Shown: one piece after another, positions 1 to 11,697 of the stretch
Position numbering within the stretch: the stretch's first letter is position 1
Layout: the number at the start of each line of letters is the position of its first letter
DNA from: Eledone cirrhosa
Taxonomy: Eukaryota
DNA length: 64,000 bases
Direction of reading: 5' to 3'
NCBI GenBank assembly: GCA_964016885.1
Contig: OZ024743.1
Location: 39,556,001-39,620,000 of the forward strand
Notes under the pieces: model-generated
What the model saw: only the letters and a program-made list of their open reading frames with translations
The model's database searches: none
Told to the model about the DNA's origin: nothing
Position numbers and translations under genes: made by a program

Positions 1-150
1 TTAAGCCGGATGCTTTATGTATCATTTGTACTAAGAATTGTTATTTCACAATTGATTTAAATATGTTAAAAATCAAAACTTACGGGAGCGATTTCACGAC
101 CTTCTATCCAACATGTGCGCCTTCTTCCCTTATTATTATTATTATTATTA

Positions 151-1968
151 TAGTTGCATTTATCTTGCTTTATGTTCATACGAGTTATTACCAAGTCACA
201 ACCAGAGACCTCAAGAGACAACAAGGTCCGCCATGTTCAAGAAAGAACATACATACTCACACATGCATGTTTAGTGTTTAGACTTGTGATGTACTTATAT
301 TGACAGAATCTTCCTTAGTATATGGGCAGTTCCCATTAGTACTATCTTTTGTATTTCTCCTATACGCGGTTTTCATGGGATTTGCGATAAGTAATCATTA
401 GACCCCTTAGGTATCATTCCCAGGGCGCCTACAACCACTGGTATTGTTTTAGTTCTCAATTTCCACATTTTTCCAATTCCGACCTCCAGGTCCTTATACT
501 TGCTCAATTTTTCAAATGTTTTTATAGATACATTCTTGTCTATTGGAACAGACATATCAATTAGCAGGCATACCCTCTTTTTAAAGTCCTTCATTATTAT
601 ATCAGGTCTATTTGCATCTATTTTTCGGTCTGTTTGGATACTAAAGTTCCACAAGATTGAGATGTGATCTTTTTCAAGTATGGGAGGTGGTTGATGCTCC
701 CACCAATTCTTTTGATGGGGCAGGTCAAAATGCTTACACATTATCCAATGTATGTATTGTGCAGCTCTGTCATGCCTGTTTAGGTATTCGGTTGGAGCTA
801 TAGGACTGCACATTGAAATTATATGGTCAATGGTCTCTGGTTGTTTTTTGCATACACGGCATAATGGGCTGCATCCATTTTTTATTATGTTGGCTTGGTA
901 ATTTTTTGCTGGCAGACACTGATATTGTGCTGATATAATCAGTCCTTCAATCTCCGATTTCAGTCCAGAGGATGCCAACCACTGATGGGTTAAAGTTTTG
1001 TCAACATCAGGATTGTTAGCTCGCTCTGGGTATTTTCCATACAGAGGCTTTTCTTGCCATTTCTTAGCCAGTTTCTGTAGCAGTTATTTCTTTGCAGTTA
1101 CTTTTACCTGCTTTGTTTTTCTGTGTTTTCCATTTCAGCAGTAAATGGGATTTCTGAAATTTGTAGTCCATTACTGTATCTTTGTGCATCTTTTGTAATG
1201 GAATATGATATTTTGATGCTATCGTGTTTCAATACGAGTTTGATCATCCAATCATGTGATTCCCTTAGATATGTAGATAATCCAATTGTTGCAGTTTTCA
1301 ACGCAATGTCTAACTGGCTTAACCCTCGTCCTCCTTCTTTCCTAGGGAGATATATTCTATCTATATCTACCTTAGGGTGATGCATTCTGTGCATGGTTAA
1401 GAACTTTCGAATTTTTGTATCGAGCCTACGGATCTCTGTGCTTGACCAGTTGATGACATTGTAACTGTAGGTTACTACTGGTATGGTAAGCGTGTTTATG
1501 GCATCGATCCTATTCCTTGCATTCAATTCCGTTCTTAAGATTGCTCTTACTCTGCGGTAACATTCCTTCCTTATCCTTTCCCTCATTGTCGAGTGCTTGA
1601 TTCCGTCTCCTTCACAAACACCTAGATATTTGTAAGTTTGTTCTTGATCAAGTTCTCTTATCACGTTCCCCCGATCAAGATTAATGTCTGAACTCTTCAG
1701 CAGCTTTCTTCTGGTGAACGTTGCTTTGGCGCATTTATCTAGTCCAAACTCCATTTTAATGTAATCACTGAACTGCTCCACAGTGGATAATAGCCCTTGC
1801 AATTGTTCATCATTTTTTGCAAATAGTTTCAGGTCATCCATGTAGAACAGGTGATTAATAGTTTTGTCATAGACTCTATATCCATGTTTTGTTTCATTGA
1901 GCATTTTACTTAATGGTATAAGTGCGATGCAGAATAAAAGCGGTGATAAAGAGTCACCCTGAAAAATT
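151..1968 (-). mobile_element. R4/Dong-like non-LTR retrotransposon (family A), 5'-truncated, frameshifted
   Basis: ORFs 1104-1904 and 373-978 carry RT (HLFYMDDLKL, EFGLDKCA), a CCHC knuckle (CRVCKKQPETIDHIISMC), RHD, and a PD-(D/E)xK endonuclease (RPDII..LIDMSVP..EKLSKYKDL). Both ends abut (TTA)n at 131-150 and 1966-1993. Confidence 0.9.
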
Positions 1969-1993
1969 ATTATTATTATTATTATTATTATTA

Positions 1994-4900
1994 CAGTTGC
2001 ATTTATCTTGCTTTATGTTCATACAAGTTATCACCAAGTCATAACCAGTGACCTCAAGAGACAACAAGGTCCGCCATGTTCAAGTAAGAACATACATACT
2101 CAAACATGCATCTTTAGTGTTTAGACTTGTGATGTACTTATATTGAAAGGATCTTCCTCAGTATATGGGCAGTTCCCATTAGTACTATCTTTTGTATTTC
2201 TCCTATACGCGGGTTTCCTGGGATTTGCGATAATTAATCAATAGACCCCTTAGGTATCATTCCCAGAACGCCTACAACCACTGGTATTGTTTTAGTTCGC
2301 AATTTCCACATTTTTCCAATTTCTATCTCCAGGTCCTTATACTTGTACAATTTTTCAAATGTTTTTATAGATACATTCTTGTCTATTGGAACAGACATAT
2401 CAATTAGCAGGCATACCCTCTTTTTAAAGTCCTTCAATATTATATCAGGTCTATTTGCATCTATTTTTCAGTCTGTTTGGATGCTAAAGTTCCACAGGAT
2501 TGAGATGTGGTCTTTTTCAAGTATGTGTGGTGGTTGATGCTCCCACCAATTCTTTTGATGTGGCAGGTCAAAATGCTTACACATTATCCAATGTATGTAT
2601 TGTGCAGCTCTGTCATGCCTGTTTAGGTATTCGGTTGGAGCTATAGGACTGCACATTAAAATTATATGGTCAATGGTCTCTGGTTGTTTTTTGCATACAC
2701 GGCATAATGGGCTGCATCCATTTTTTATTATGTTGGCTTGGTAATTTTTTGTTGGCAGACACTGATCTTTTGCTGATATAATCAGTCCTTCAGTCTCCGA
2801 TTTCAGTCCAGAGGATGCCAACCACTGATGGGTTAAAGTTTTGTCAACATCAGGATTGTTAGCTCGCTCTGGGTATTTTCCATACAGAGGCTTTTCTTGC
2901 CATTTCTTAGCCAGTTTCTGTAGCAGTTCTTTCTTTGCAGTTACTTTTACCTGCTTTGCTTTTTCTGTGTTTTCCATTTCAGCAGTAAATGGGACTTCTG
3001 AAATTTGTAGTCCATTACTGTATCTTTGTGCATCTTTTGTAATGGAATATGATCTTTTGATGCTTTCGTGTTTCAAAACGAGTTTGATCATCCAATCATG
3101 TGATTCCCTTAGATATGTAGATAATCCAATTGTCGCAGTTTTCAACACTATGTCTAACTGGATTAACCCACGTCCTCCTTCTTTCCTAGGGAGATATATT
3201 CTATCTATATCTGCCTTAGGGTGATGCATTCTGTGCATGGTTAAGAATTTTCGAATGTTTGTATCGAGCCTACGGATCTCTGTGCTTGACCAGTTGATGC
3301 CATTGTAACTGTAGGTTACTACTGGTATGGCAAGCGTGTTTATGGCATCGATCCTATTCCTTGCATTCAATTCCGTTCTTAAGATTGCTCTTACTCTGCG
3401 GTAACATTCTTTCCTTATCCTTTCCCTCATTGTCGAGTGCTTGATTCCGTCTCCTTCACAAACACCTAGATATTTGTAAGTTTTTTTCTTGATCAAGTTC
3501 TCTTATCACGTTCCCCCGATCAAGATTAATGTCTGAACTCTTCAGCAACTTTCCTCTGGTGAACGTTGCTTTGGCGCATTTATCTAGTCCAAACTCCATT
3601 TTAATGACATCACTGAACGGCTCCACGGTGGATAATAGCCCTTGCAATTGTTCATCATTTTTTGCAAATAGTTTCAGGTCATCCATGTAGAACAAGTGAT
3701 TAGTGGTTTTGTCATAGACTTTATATCCATGTTTTGTTTCATTGAGCATTCTACTTAATGGTATAAGTGCGATGCAGAATAAAAGCGGTGATAAAGAGTC
3801 ACCCTGAAAAATTCCACAATTAATATTAACTTCTCCAGCTTCCAGTGATTTTGTTTCACTATTCAAAAGGAGTGTCGTTTTCCATGTCTTCATACTGAAT
3901 GACAAAAACCTCCTGACAACGGGGGATATTTTGAAAATCTTTAAACATTTTTCAATCCAACTGTGTGGCAAACTATCGAATGCTTTTTAATAATCTATCC
4001 AAGCAATCGATAGATTTTTGTGTCTATTATGACAATCTTCCAGTATCATTTTGTTAATCAGAAGCTGATTCTTACAGCCATATGAGCCTCGTTTACAACC
4101 TTTCTGCTCAATGGGAAATAGGTCATTTGTTATCAGGTGGTCATATGTGTATTCAGTTAGGACTGATGTTAACATTTTATACATTGTGGTCAAGCAAGTT
4201 ATCAGTCTGTAATTTTTGGGATTGTTTGTCTCATCATTCTTCGGAAGCAGGAATGTAATGCCGTTAACTAACCATGATGGTATCTTTTCTGGCTCCTTAA
4301 CTATTTCATTGTAAAGTTGGGCTAACAGCTCATGAGACTCTGTGAAGGCATTTATCCAAAAGTTTTGTATTTTGTCTTTTCCTGGGGATTTCCATTTGCT
4401 GGTTTTTCTTAGAGCCAAGCGCAACTGTTCAACTGTTATATTTTCCCATATTTATTACTCAAGGTGAACTTTATCTTTCATTTGTCTGTCTATCCATGGT
4501 GCATGTATGTTATGAACTTTTTCTTCGGCCCAGATCTTTTCCCAGAATTCTTGCACTTCCTCCTTGGGTGGTATTGATTTAGCAGTTATTGTTGACTTAC
4601 CAATTTTTCTGTAGAAGTTTCTTTGGTTGTTTTTGAACATATTATTGTCCTTATAGAATCTAGATGGTTTTTCAAAGCGCCTTATACGAGCAGCTTTGGC
4701 CGACACTTTTTGCTTGATTATTTCTATCAGCATGTCTATGTCACATGTTGATTTTATACTGTACTTTCTTTTCAATTTTCTAAGTTTAGTTTGTTTAACA
4801 TGTTCACCTACTTTATAGTTTGTTAAAATTTCTATGTCAGATCGGAGAAGGTTTATTTGGCGATTGATGTTCTCTTGCCAAGTAGATTTCTTGTGGGAAT

Positions 4901-5613
4901 TCCTTTGTTTTTTCATCTTAACTCCACATAAGTGAGTGGTGACTTTAGCCGATTCATAATAGAGATGATTTAAATCAGTAATGTTTAGTTTGTTTGTGGT
5001 GATAATGTTTTTGAGAATTATGTTAGTCTTGTGTATTATCTTTTGGTTCTGTTTGGAGTTCTGGATCTTAGGGAGGGTGTCTCGTTGCCCCATGTCAGAT
5101 TCTTTCATTTTCATCCATTCGATCATAATTTCATCCTTCAAGTTGGCAAGTTCATTCTCATTCATATCTTTATCATTTACGATCTCATTATTTTCATTTG
5201 GAGTTTCATCCTGAGCATGCACTCCCTCCACTTTTTCGATCCTTTCTTTAATTTGTTCTGTTGCTAGTGATTCCGCCCCAACCCTGGGGTTCGAAGTGTT
5301 ACAGTTTACCTCATTTTCACTGACACATGTTTCATTTTCCCTTCGCCGACTTTGTGCTAATAGCTTGATCTGATCAATTTCTATATCAGTTAGTAACTTT
5401 TTTCTTACAATATTTCTTCGTATATTGGCTAGTTTGTTACTGTCAATATAGCCTCTGTTTTCGGGATGTTTCTTTTTACAGTTGATATATGTCTGTTCTG
5501 TATTCGATGTATTTGATGGGTAGTACATGGCAGTGTAGAAAGCCTCAAAGACTTCTTTATTATCTTCCCTTGACCATTTATCTCTCTTTTTCTTTGGATT
5601 TCTTGGTGGTGAG

Positions 5614-5614
<1 letters not shown>
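1994..5614 (-). mobile_element. R4/Dong-like non-LTR retrotransposon (family A), near full ORF, frameshifted
   Basis: ORF pieces 4455-5528, 3987-4424 (KSPGKD, NYRLITCL, EQKGC), 3456-3971 (GIFQGDSLSPLLF, YMDD), 2468-3496 and 2234-2437. Its 3' part is nearly identical to 151-1968. Flanked by (TTA)n at 1966-1993 and 5615-5677. Confidence 0.92.
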
Positions 5615-5678
<64 letters not shown>

Positions 5679-5689
5679 TCAAACAAGTC

Positions 5690-7080
5690 CTGTCAGAAGC
5701 AACCATCCTAAATTGATGCGGCTGGATCATAAAGGGTTGTCTCGAATACGAAATTGAAGATAGCACAATAAAGGGGAATGGAGTAACCACTTTTCTTTGA
5801 TTAGCAAATGCTTAAGCTTGCGCATTAATGCATCAACTCCTGAAATACTTGCTTTTCTTTCGAGTTCCTGTCTCCCAGCATTCATTAACATGTCTCCGAG
5901 ACATTGAAACGTCTCCACCTGCTTATTGTTACTCCATTCCCCTTTATTGTGTAGATTACCTTGAGAAACCAAGTGTCTCAGTCTTCGCAGCACTGATTTT
6001 AATCCCCCCCGTGCTGCACTCGGCGTCAAACCTATCAAGTGCTCACCGGAGATCCCATTCTAACGAGTTAAGTAATATCATGTCGTCGGCAAATTCCAGC
6101 CGAATGAAACTATGCTTTTCTGTCTTGATACCATTTCCAACTCGGATGGGAGTGTCAATCCAATTCATGACGATTATGAACAGAAGGAATGTTTTCGATT
6201 GAACACCATTTCCGCGAAAACAAATACGCAAGCATTCATAAAGAGCCATCAGTGTAACATGATACAGTCCATTGATACCATAACTCTGCAGAACTTTCCG
6301 GCGCGGGCCCTATCGGACGCGGTCGAATGGGTTTTTAAGGTTTATGAAGTAAGAATACATGATGTCTATACTCACATGATATCTGAAAGACCTGCTGCAG
6401 TATAGCATGATTATTTGCTCCATTTTACTGAGTCCCGCACAGAAACCACACTGTTTTTCAGATCGCTTGGACTCGACAATTTCTTTATATTTTTTGGGCC
6501 AAACACTTAGCTTAAACTTTTTCAGGGATGCTTAAAAAGAGTTCCCTCTATATTTAGAGCAATTTCTTTTGCCTGCTTTTCAAAAATTGAGAATATCGAT
6601 AGCTTACGAGCCTCTTCCAGAGATCCATGCCCGTTACACATACGAGTCAGCTTGGGAATAAGTAACTAGTGGCCTTGACTCATTTGAGCTGTTTCATCTT
6701 TCTTGTGACCTAAGCATAAAATAGATTATTTCTCGTTCTTTAATGTACATCAGAAGTTCGGATCTGGTTTATGAGATCAATAAATGATTCTCTTCCCTCG
6801 CGAGGATATACTTGTCCGAAGAGCGGTGAACAATAGACGGTTTCCTGCTAATGGGTACTGAGGGTGACTTTTTATTGCGACATCGGAGGATGATCTTCCA
6901 GCACACCTTTACCGCTAATATGAAGTCGGATTCGAGCTTGACACCAAAGTTCTTAATTCTAAATGCATTAATTTCACTGTGATGTTATTTCGCGCCTGCT
7001 TTTATCGCAAGAATGCGGACGTCTTTCTAAGACAGGCCTCCTTCTTTTCTTGGAAGACATCATTGGTGATTGTAAGTGAC
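5690..7080 (-). mobile_element. Old degenerate LINE RT fragment (RTE-like)
   Basis: Minus-strand fragments FIIVMNWID...LEFADDMILL and a QCGF-like motif near 6440. Heavily disrupted, boundaries approximate. Confidence 0.55.
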
Positions 7081-7309
7081 GCCGTGCCAAGCTGATAGCA
7101 TAGCATACAACAAATGGAAAGGAAGTAAGGGTCACTGAAGTTCTATTGGTGCAACACGTTCACCGTCCTTTACACACTACGTGTCTTGGGCATTATAAAT
7201 CTGACAAAATCCATTTTGCTCCATGTTCAAACACTGATGACACTGGAAAATACACAGAGTTAGAGAATTTAATAAAGACAAATAGATGAAGAATCTACCT
7301 TAGTAGTAG

Positions 7310-7433
7310 ACTGGTATTCTATTTGTAGATCTCAAAAGAATGGGAAACAAGAATGGAAATCAGTGTGCCACGAGTCTGAAGTAATACCTAGGCATTTAAT
7401 CCAATCACTGAACGACACTGACGCTTCCCCGCC
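7310..7433 (-). mobile_element. Possible highly decayed tRNA-derived SINE
   Basis: Weak resemblance on the minus strand to SINE head (ggcgggg..gtcagtgtcgtt) and tail (aatagaataccagt). Confidence 0.3.
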
Positions 7434-7928
7434 TAACATAAAATAAAGTTGACATTTAAAACCAGAATACAATTAAAGAGAAAAAAATTTAACTAAAACA
7501 CATTCATTTAAATTGAAGTGAAAATATTTCTAACATTACATGTTTGAAATTTTCCAGTTAAGATAAAATATTTTTTCTTATTTAACTAATGTATTCACAA
7601 CCCTTAAGACATGATACAGAAACAATATTCATTTCGTATTTTCCTAGCAATATATTTTAACAATGCTTGTTGTATATGAAATGGCCGTGTGGCGATTAAT
7701 AAATAAAAATGCTAAGTGATGCCATGTTTTATTAAAATAAATTTGACGAAGCTACATATTGAAATAAGTTACAGAAATGAATAGATAGGAATTTTAACAT
7801 GTAGCAAATACAAACTTATATAAAAATTCTCATAAAATGATGAAATAAATATTAAAAAAAATAATATAAATGCATCAGATAATAAAATTGTGAAGTAGGG
7901 AATTATCATTATTGCTGCCATTACTCTT

Positions 7929-7982
<54 letters not shown>

Positions 7983-8248
7983 ATAATAATAATAATGATT
8001 TCATTTATTGGCCACAAGGGCCGACATATAGGGGACAACACAATAGACAGGGACAGTGGGGGTTTACATAGAGATCGAGTAAGTATAAATAACAAAAAAC
8101 AAAATAACAATAAAAATACAACAATGAAAGTTCCCCAATAAGAGGGATCACCACCCAGGGTTGACTCCAGCACCCCACCAGTCCTGAGCCACCCGACGCT
8201 CCTAGGGCACCCGGGAAGGGCACCCCTCTCCTTCTCGAATTCACCAGC

Positions 8249-11200
8249 CTACAGGCGCATGATCAGAGTAGGCCCACTCACGCGGGCCATTCTCGCCACA
8301 TTCACCCACCTTTCAGTAAATGTACTGGGGGGCAGCACTTCTCTCTCCACCCTCACCTTCCTTTCCAAGTGAAACTTGAAGAAGTTGATGAGGGATTGGC
8401 CGAAGAGAAAAGTGTCTGTCTTCAGTCCTTTCAACCTGGTCCACCATGCAACCTCTTTCGCTACTGCCACCAGGCAGAGGAAAATTGCCTGCCCTTCCTG
8501 ACCAAAAGAAGGCGGCGGGTCAATCTTCACTATGGACTCGGACGATAGCCGGATCCGTTCTACACGCGACAATAGCTGTTCGACATAACCCCACAAGTCA
8601 GCAATGCACGGACACTGGACGAGTGCGTGCAGAACGGTTTCGTCGCTCTGCGCGCATCTCGGGCAGGTTCGTCTGACAGCACTTCCGTGCCTGTAGAGTT
8701 TATCCCGAACCGGCAGCGCCCCCCGGTAGCACTGCCAAGCGAGGGATTTCTGGAAGTTATCCATCGTCCCCGGCTCGAAAGTCCTCCGGAACATACTGGT
8801 CAGTTCTACTTCGTTGACGCCCAGAGCCTCTCCTAGTACGTCATCGCACTTGCCCTCCACTAATCCTCTATAGAAATCTTGAGTGGAAGTTCCACTGACC
8901 GCATTGCCCGCCTTGCAGAGTGCAGTGAGCGCCTGGCAACATTCCAGATGCCAGTCGCCCAGTCTCGGTCTCTTCTTGACCCAGGACTGCAGCTCAGTCA
9001 AAGAGATGAGCTGCGGAAAGGCCCGTCTAACAAACGGCGACCACACCTGTTCACCGTTTAGGCAAAATATCTGGAGATGTCGCAGCCTCAGCGCATGTCT
9101 GCGCATCATTAGCCACGGCATGCCCAGCCCTCCACGAAGAGGGTGCTGGCAGCAGATGGACCGCCTCACCAACGGGACCCGTCCCCTCCACAAAAATTTG
9201 AAAAGGAGCCGTTCCAAATTGGCGAGGCGTGGACGGGGGCAAGGCACGACGGTCAGGCGGTAGTAGATGACGGACGCGATGTACGCGTTCGCCACCTCCG
9301 CCCGCCCTTTCAGTGATAGCTTTCTCTCCGCCCATTTCTGGGTGAGGTTGGCTATCCTGCTCGTCACCTCGTCCCAATTCTTATCCACCTGGAGGTCTGG
9401 TCCGAACCAAACCCCGAGCAACTTTACCGGTCCGTCTGTCCAGCGCCCAACGACGCTGTTGGACGGCATGGACTTGCCTCTCCAGGTGCCGAGCTGCAAG
9501 CCCACCGACTTTTCCGGGTTAAGTTTTGCTCCCGTCAACCTTTCATATTCCTCCAAATGGGTGCGGATCACCTCGATTTCCGAGGTGTCCGACACCATCA
9601 CGGTGATGTCGTCCGCATAAGCGGACGCAGCCTTTCTACGTCCCGGTTCGAGCGGGATGCCCTGCAACAACTCCAGCTTCCGCAGTAGAGGCTCAAGAGT
9701 CAATACGTACAGAAGTGAGGAGAGAGGGCACCCTTGACGGACCGATCGAGAGATCTGAAACGGTTCCGAGAGGTGGCCATTAACTTTGACCACCGAGCAG
9801 ATGCCGCTGTACATTGCAGCGATCCAGCTTCTGAAGACGGGGCCGAAGCCAGCCGCCTCGAGGACAGCCTCCAAGTACCGATGGTCGACCCTATCGAATG
9901 CTTTCGATTGATCTAAATTGATCAGAGCCCCACCGAAGCCAGGTTTGCACCCAACCCTCTCTATGATGTATCGCATGAGGTGGAGGTTGTCGTGTATGGA
10001 CCTGGTCGGGATTGCGCAAGTTTGCGCCTCCCCAACCAAATCTTTGACGACAAGCGCCAACCTTTTCGCTAACACCTTGGCCAAAATCTTAAACTCTGTG
10101 TTGAGCAGGGTTATGGGCCTGAAATTATCTAGTGTGTCCCTCTTGTTCTCGTCTTTCCTTATCAGCGTCACTACGCCACGGCTCACAGAACTGGGAATGC
10201 TCCCGTTCTGCTGCCAGTTGCAGTAGAGCGCTTCGAGGAGATCGGAGAACAAGTCTGGCATATTTACGTAAAGCTCGTAGGGCAGACCATCCAGACCGGG
10301 TGACTTGCGACTCGAGCAGCCGACAAGGGCGTCCTGAATTTCGACTGATGTTATCGGCTCTTCGCAGCGCTCAGCGTCGGCCGTCGAGAGGCGTGGCAAG
10401 CCGTCGAGGTAGGGACTGAAGTCCGCCGCCGTCTCCGACTCACCCATCCTCCCGAACAATCGAGCAAAGTGCTGGCGAAAGGCCTCACACATCTGCTTGG
10501 AATCGCTCAGTTCGTGTCCATCTCGATCCGTCAAAGACCGAATTGTGGTTTTATTTCCACGCTGCGTCTCTGCAAAGCGAGCCCATCGGGCAGCTTTGGT
10601 TCCCTCGTTCCTCAGAGCACGCGCCTTAGCTCTGACAATGCAACCTTCGTGTTTCGCATTGAAGAAATGGTCTAGTGCCATTCTCGCCGCTAGCACGTCT
10701 GTTGCAATGCCACTACAAATAGCCTCGTCTAACTTAGCTATCAGCCCCTCCTCCTTTCTATTTTTCTCTATTGCTACTTCTTTGCTAAATCCTATCGAGG
10801 TTGCTCTAATCTCTCTTTTGAGTGCCCCCCACCACTTGTTGTTGACAACCCCCCCTGTCAACTTTTGCTTAACTAAGTTGTTGACCCGGTCCCTGTAAGC
10901 TTTACGTGCCGGAAACGACATGTTTAGCTTCCAGTAGCTAGGTCCTAACCTACGTGTCTTATCTAGGTCGACCATACAGATCACAAGCTTGTGATCTGAA
11001 TAGGCAACCGTTTTAAAATGTGGACATCCTACACTATTTCTATCTCTTTTCCTAATGAAAATCCTATCTATGTACGATCTAGATGACCCTATGCGATTGG
11101 TCCAGGTCCATACTGGCGCATTAGGGAAATCTAGTCGGTACCTGTCAGACAGTTGAAACTGGCTGATCAGGTACTTGAGGCTTTTGCACCCCCCGCTCCT

Positions 11201-11668
11201 ATCAGATACTCCCACACAATCCCAGCGTGCTTCTAAGATGCCATTCCAATCCCCTATTAACAGTAAAGGGCGAGACGTAAGCAGAAAGTTTTCCAGGCGC
11301 CTAAAGAAGTCCGGCCGACCGGCCCCAGTAGGGGCGTAGACGGCCACCAGTCTAAAGGCACCACCTTCGCTATTGCTCACGTCCAGGACCACCAACTTTC
11401 CGTCAGGATCCCGGAAGATTGACCTTACCTCGAGATCCAGACATTTCCTAAACAGCACAGCCACTCCACCTCCCATTCCCGGCCGACTAACAGATGCAAA
11501 GATCTGATAATCGTCGAAAATCGGCGCCAGTGCGCGTGTGTCGGAAATTCTGGTCTCGCTGATGGCAATTACATCCATTCCTAGTGACCTGAGGTCGTTG
11601 AGCAAGTGACCTTGCTTCCAGGGCGACCCAAGGCCACGAACATTTAAACTTCCTACTCTTATGGCCAT
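8249..11668 (-). CDS. ORF2: APE endonuclease, reverse transcriptase and C-terminal zinc finger (1139 aa)
   Basis: APE motifs (SLNVRGL, ISET, VYAP, GDWN, SYIDRIF, SDH), RT motifs (KSPGLDG, FRPITLLNTEFKI, LDQSKAFDRV, VRQGCPLS, AYADD) and CPRC...HALVQC. Confidence 0.95.
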   Translation of the reverse strand: MAIRVGSLNVRGLGSPWKQGHLLNDLRSLGMDVIAISETRISDTRALAPIFDDYQIFASVSRPGMGGGVAVLFRKCLDLEVRSIFRDPDGKLVVLDVSNSEGGAFRLVAVYAPTGAGRPDFFRRLENFLLTSRPLLLIGDWNGILEARWDCVGVSDRSGGCKSLKYLISQFQLSDRYRLDFPNAPVWTWTNRIGSSRSYIDRIFIRKRDRNSVGCPHFKTVAYSDHKLVICMVDLDKTRRLGPSYWKLNMSFPARKAYRDRVNNLVKQKLTGGVVNNKWWGALKREIRATSIGFSKEVAIEKNRKEEGLIAKLDEAICSGIATDVLAARMALDHFFNAKHEGCIVRAKARALRNEGTKAARWARFAETQRGNKTTIRSLTDRDGHELSDSKQMCEAFRQHFARLFGRMGESETAADFSPYLDGLPRLSTADAERCEEPITSVEIQDALVGCSSRKSPGLDGLPYELYVNMPDLFSDLLEALYCNWQQNGSIPSSVSRGVVTLIRKDENKRDTLDNFRPITLLNTEFKILAKVLAKRLALVVKDLVGEAQTCAIPTRSIHDNLHLMRYIIERVGCKPGFGGALINLDQSKAFDRVDHRYLEAVLEAAGFGPVFRSWIAAMYSGICSVVKVNGHLSEPFQISRSVRQGCPLSSLLYVLTLEPLLRKLELLQGIPLEPGRRKAASAYADDITVMVSDTSEIEVIRTHLEEYERLTGAKLNPEKSVGLQLGTWRGKSMPSNSVVGRWTDGPVKLLGVWFGPDLQVDKNWDEVTSRIANLTQKWAERKLSLKGRAEVANAYIASVIYYRLTVVPCPRPRLANLERLLFKFLWRGRVPLVRRSICCQHPLRGGLGMPWLMMRRHALRLRHLQIFCLNGEQVWSPFVRRAFPQLISLTELQSWVKKRPRLGDWHLECCQALTALCKAGNAVSGTSTQDFYRGLVEGKCDDVLGEALGVNEVELTSMFRRTFEPGTMDNFQKSLAWQCYRGALPVRDKLYRHGSAVRRTCPRCAQSDETVLHALVQCPCIADLWGYVEQLLSRVERIRLSSESIVKIDPPPSFGQEGQAIFLCLVAVAKEVAWWTRLKGLKTDTFLFGQSLINFFKFHLERKVRVEREVLPPSTFTERWVNVARMARVSGPTLIMRL

Positions 11669-11697
11669 GCTGGCAGGATGAATGGGAGAGGAAAGGT